Source: Fimicolochytrium jonesii (Eukaryota). From it: 64,000 bases of DNA. Each line of letters opens with the position of its first letter. The stretch's first letter is position 1. Shown here one piece after another: positions 62,227 to 64,000 of this stretch. The notes under the pieces were generated by a model. That model saw nothing but the letters and a program-made list of their open reading frames with translations, was not told the origin of the DNA and did no database searches. The DNA lies in contig NW_026515673.1 of the NCBI RefSeq assembly GCF_025526975.1, positions 248,001 through 312,000 on the forward strand. The letters run 5' to 3'. The position numbers and the translations under genes were made by a program.

Positions 62227-63006
62227 CTAAGGACTTCTAAACGCCGCCTTCCGATAATACCAAAGCTCCTCAATACTCTCCCTAATATCATCCAACGCTC
62301 TGTTTTCACAGATCAGTCCCAACTCCAAAAACACCCCACCCGCAATCTCACAACTCACCGATGCTTCAACCCCTTTGGCGGCACCCCATCCGCCACCCCC
62401 GGCATCCACCTCCTCACAAGCTCCTTCACAGTACTCACGTCCACAATCCGATAATGCAACCACTCCACCAACTGTGGACACTCCTTGCACAGAAACATCC
62501 TGTCCACGTGGACCGAGTTGCCTGCGAGCACCCCCTCACCCTTCGTTGGTATCCATTTCTTGATGAAGGCGAGTGTCTGGCGCTCCGCGTCGGTGATGCT
62601 GAGTGTGGAGGCGAGAACGGCGGATGTGAGACCGGAATCCCGGTGATGGGTCGTGCACCAGTCGTCCATGGCGGACATGACGGCGCGCGGTTGGTGGATT
62701 ATGAGGGAGGGCATTTCGGCGATGATGTGGAGGTGGGCGTCGGTTATGATTGTGGCGATTTCGATGATGTGGTCTTTTGTCGTGTTGAGGCCTGTCATCT
62801 GGGGGGTGGGTGAGGGAGCGTCATCTTGTGATGGGCGGGGGGGTTTTGCGCACCTCAAGGTCGATCCAGACTAGGGGGCCTTCGATTGGGTTTCCGGGTA
62901 GGTGCGCCATTTTGCGGGAAGGTATTGAGATGGTGGGAAGGGGTCTGAGTAGTAGTTGTCTTGCAGCTGCTGGTAGTGGTCTTGCAGGCCTTCGGAATAA
63001 CAGCAT
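62227..63006 (-). CDS. REX2: Oligoribonuclease (Orn/REXO2), DEDDh exonuclease
   Basis: PLVWIDLE|MTGL, IIEIATIITD, MDDWCTTHH..SGL, LAGNSVHVDRMFL, LHYRIVDVST and H|RALDDIRESIEEL. Confidence 0.95.
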
Positions 63007-63246
63007 TTAGTCGGAAGGTTTCTGACAAGGGAGAGAAAGCAGCGACGGAAGAGATGCCACGCCGAAAGACTCGTGTTTATGGTACATGGTACAAAAAAAC
63101 AACATCTACGGCAACACCACAGCCATCTGTTCCTTCGTGAGATCAAACTCTTCAAGATTGGCTTCCTGCATCAAATTGTACAGAGTCCCTTCCAGGACGC
63201 TAGCAACCAGATTCTGGAACTCAGACTCCCTTCAAAGGTCCAAACG

Positions 63247-64000
63247 TCAGTACGTCGTCCCATAATAAAAGTAAAGCGAGAAAAGAACCAACGATATAAC
63301 CCACCTCAGAACCCCGTCTATCCTCTCCGCGACCCTCGACGTCCTCTCCAGCGACTCCTCCTCACTACTCCCACTGTCCACGGGCCTCTGCAGCTCGATC
63401 CCGTTGATCTTCCTTCCCGTGACCATCTGCGCATAGTACGGCGGCGGGTCCTGGCGGAGTTCGCCGGGCAGGTTTTGGATGGTGGGGTCTTGGAAGACGT
63501 CGTCGAGGATGGAGGAGAGGGCGGCGTGGATTGTGGCGCGGGCGGTTGGGGATGTGAATACCTGGGGCATTCATGGCAGGGATGAGTCGGAGTGCTTATG
63601 ACGCCAGAAGGTCTGAACCGCAGGCTGAGATACATACCGGACTCTGCACATCAGCGATGAGCCTCTCGCTCCGTCGGTTGTAGAAGAATCCCTCGTACCC
63701 GCTGTACAGCGCGCGACACTCTTCGACGGGATGTGAGCGGCCGACAATGGCTAGGAAGAGGAGCGAGGGTTCGGGGGGTGGTGGGAGGCCTAGCAGGCCG
63801 ATGTCGCTGCCGACTGCGAGGAAGGATAAGATTAGAGGTCACGATTTAGGATGGAGTTTACATAGTGGGGTCATGCGTAGCGACATCTACCTGAGAGAGC
63901 TGAAGACGGTCTCCTTCCACCCTGCCCAGCCGCCGTCGCCGCCTCCACCTTCGTCCCCGACGCCACAGGCGGCGGCGAAATCGGCGGCAAAGTCCTATAC
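63247..64000 (-). CDS. 3' part of a hypothetical multi-exon gene (start lies beyond the window)
   Basis: Splice-compatible exons encode ...LFLAIVGRSHPVEECRALYSGYEGFFYNRRSERLIADVQSP|VFTSPTARATIHAAL...; no family recognised and the last exon is uncertain. Confidence 0.5.

Overview
Gene-dense eukaryotic DNA with short GT-AG introns (mostly 55-100 nt, CTRAY-type branch points). The gene content suggests an early-diverging fungus, probably a chytrid (inference). About 27 protein-coding genes can be reconstructed. Housekeeping genes are ATG38/NRBF2, TLG1/STX6, PSO2/SNM1, an arrestin, RPL35, an RGS protein, DMA1, CWF19L1/DRN1, RRG7, an ABCC transporter, ARP2, SDA1 and REX2. The unusual genes are: a phosphorylase-kinase alpha/beta-like protein with an inserted ILEI/PANDER domain; a vWA-like + IFI44-like GTPase protein; an intronless bacterial PanP-type PLP decarboxylase; a polyproline-WH2 protein with no FH2 domain or acidic tail; a bacterial/IRBP-type S41 peptidase; and a multi-START protein. 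A recurring C-rich-then-G-rich compositional pattern is visible in the right half of the window. I found no rRNA, tRNA, CRISPR array or intact mobile element. All homology calls come from motif recognition by eye; no searches were run.
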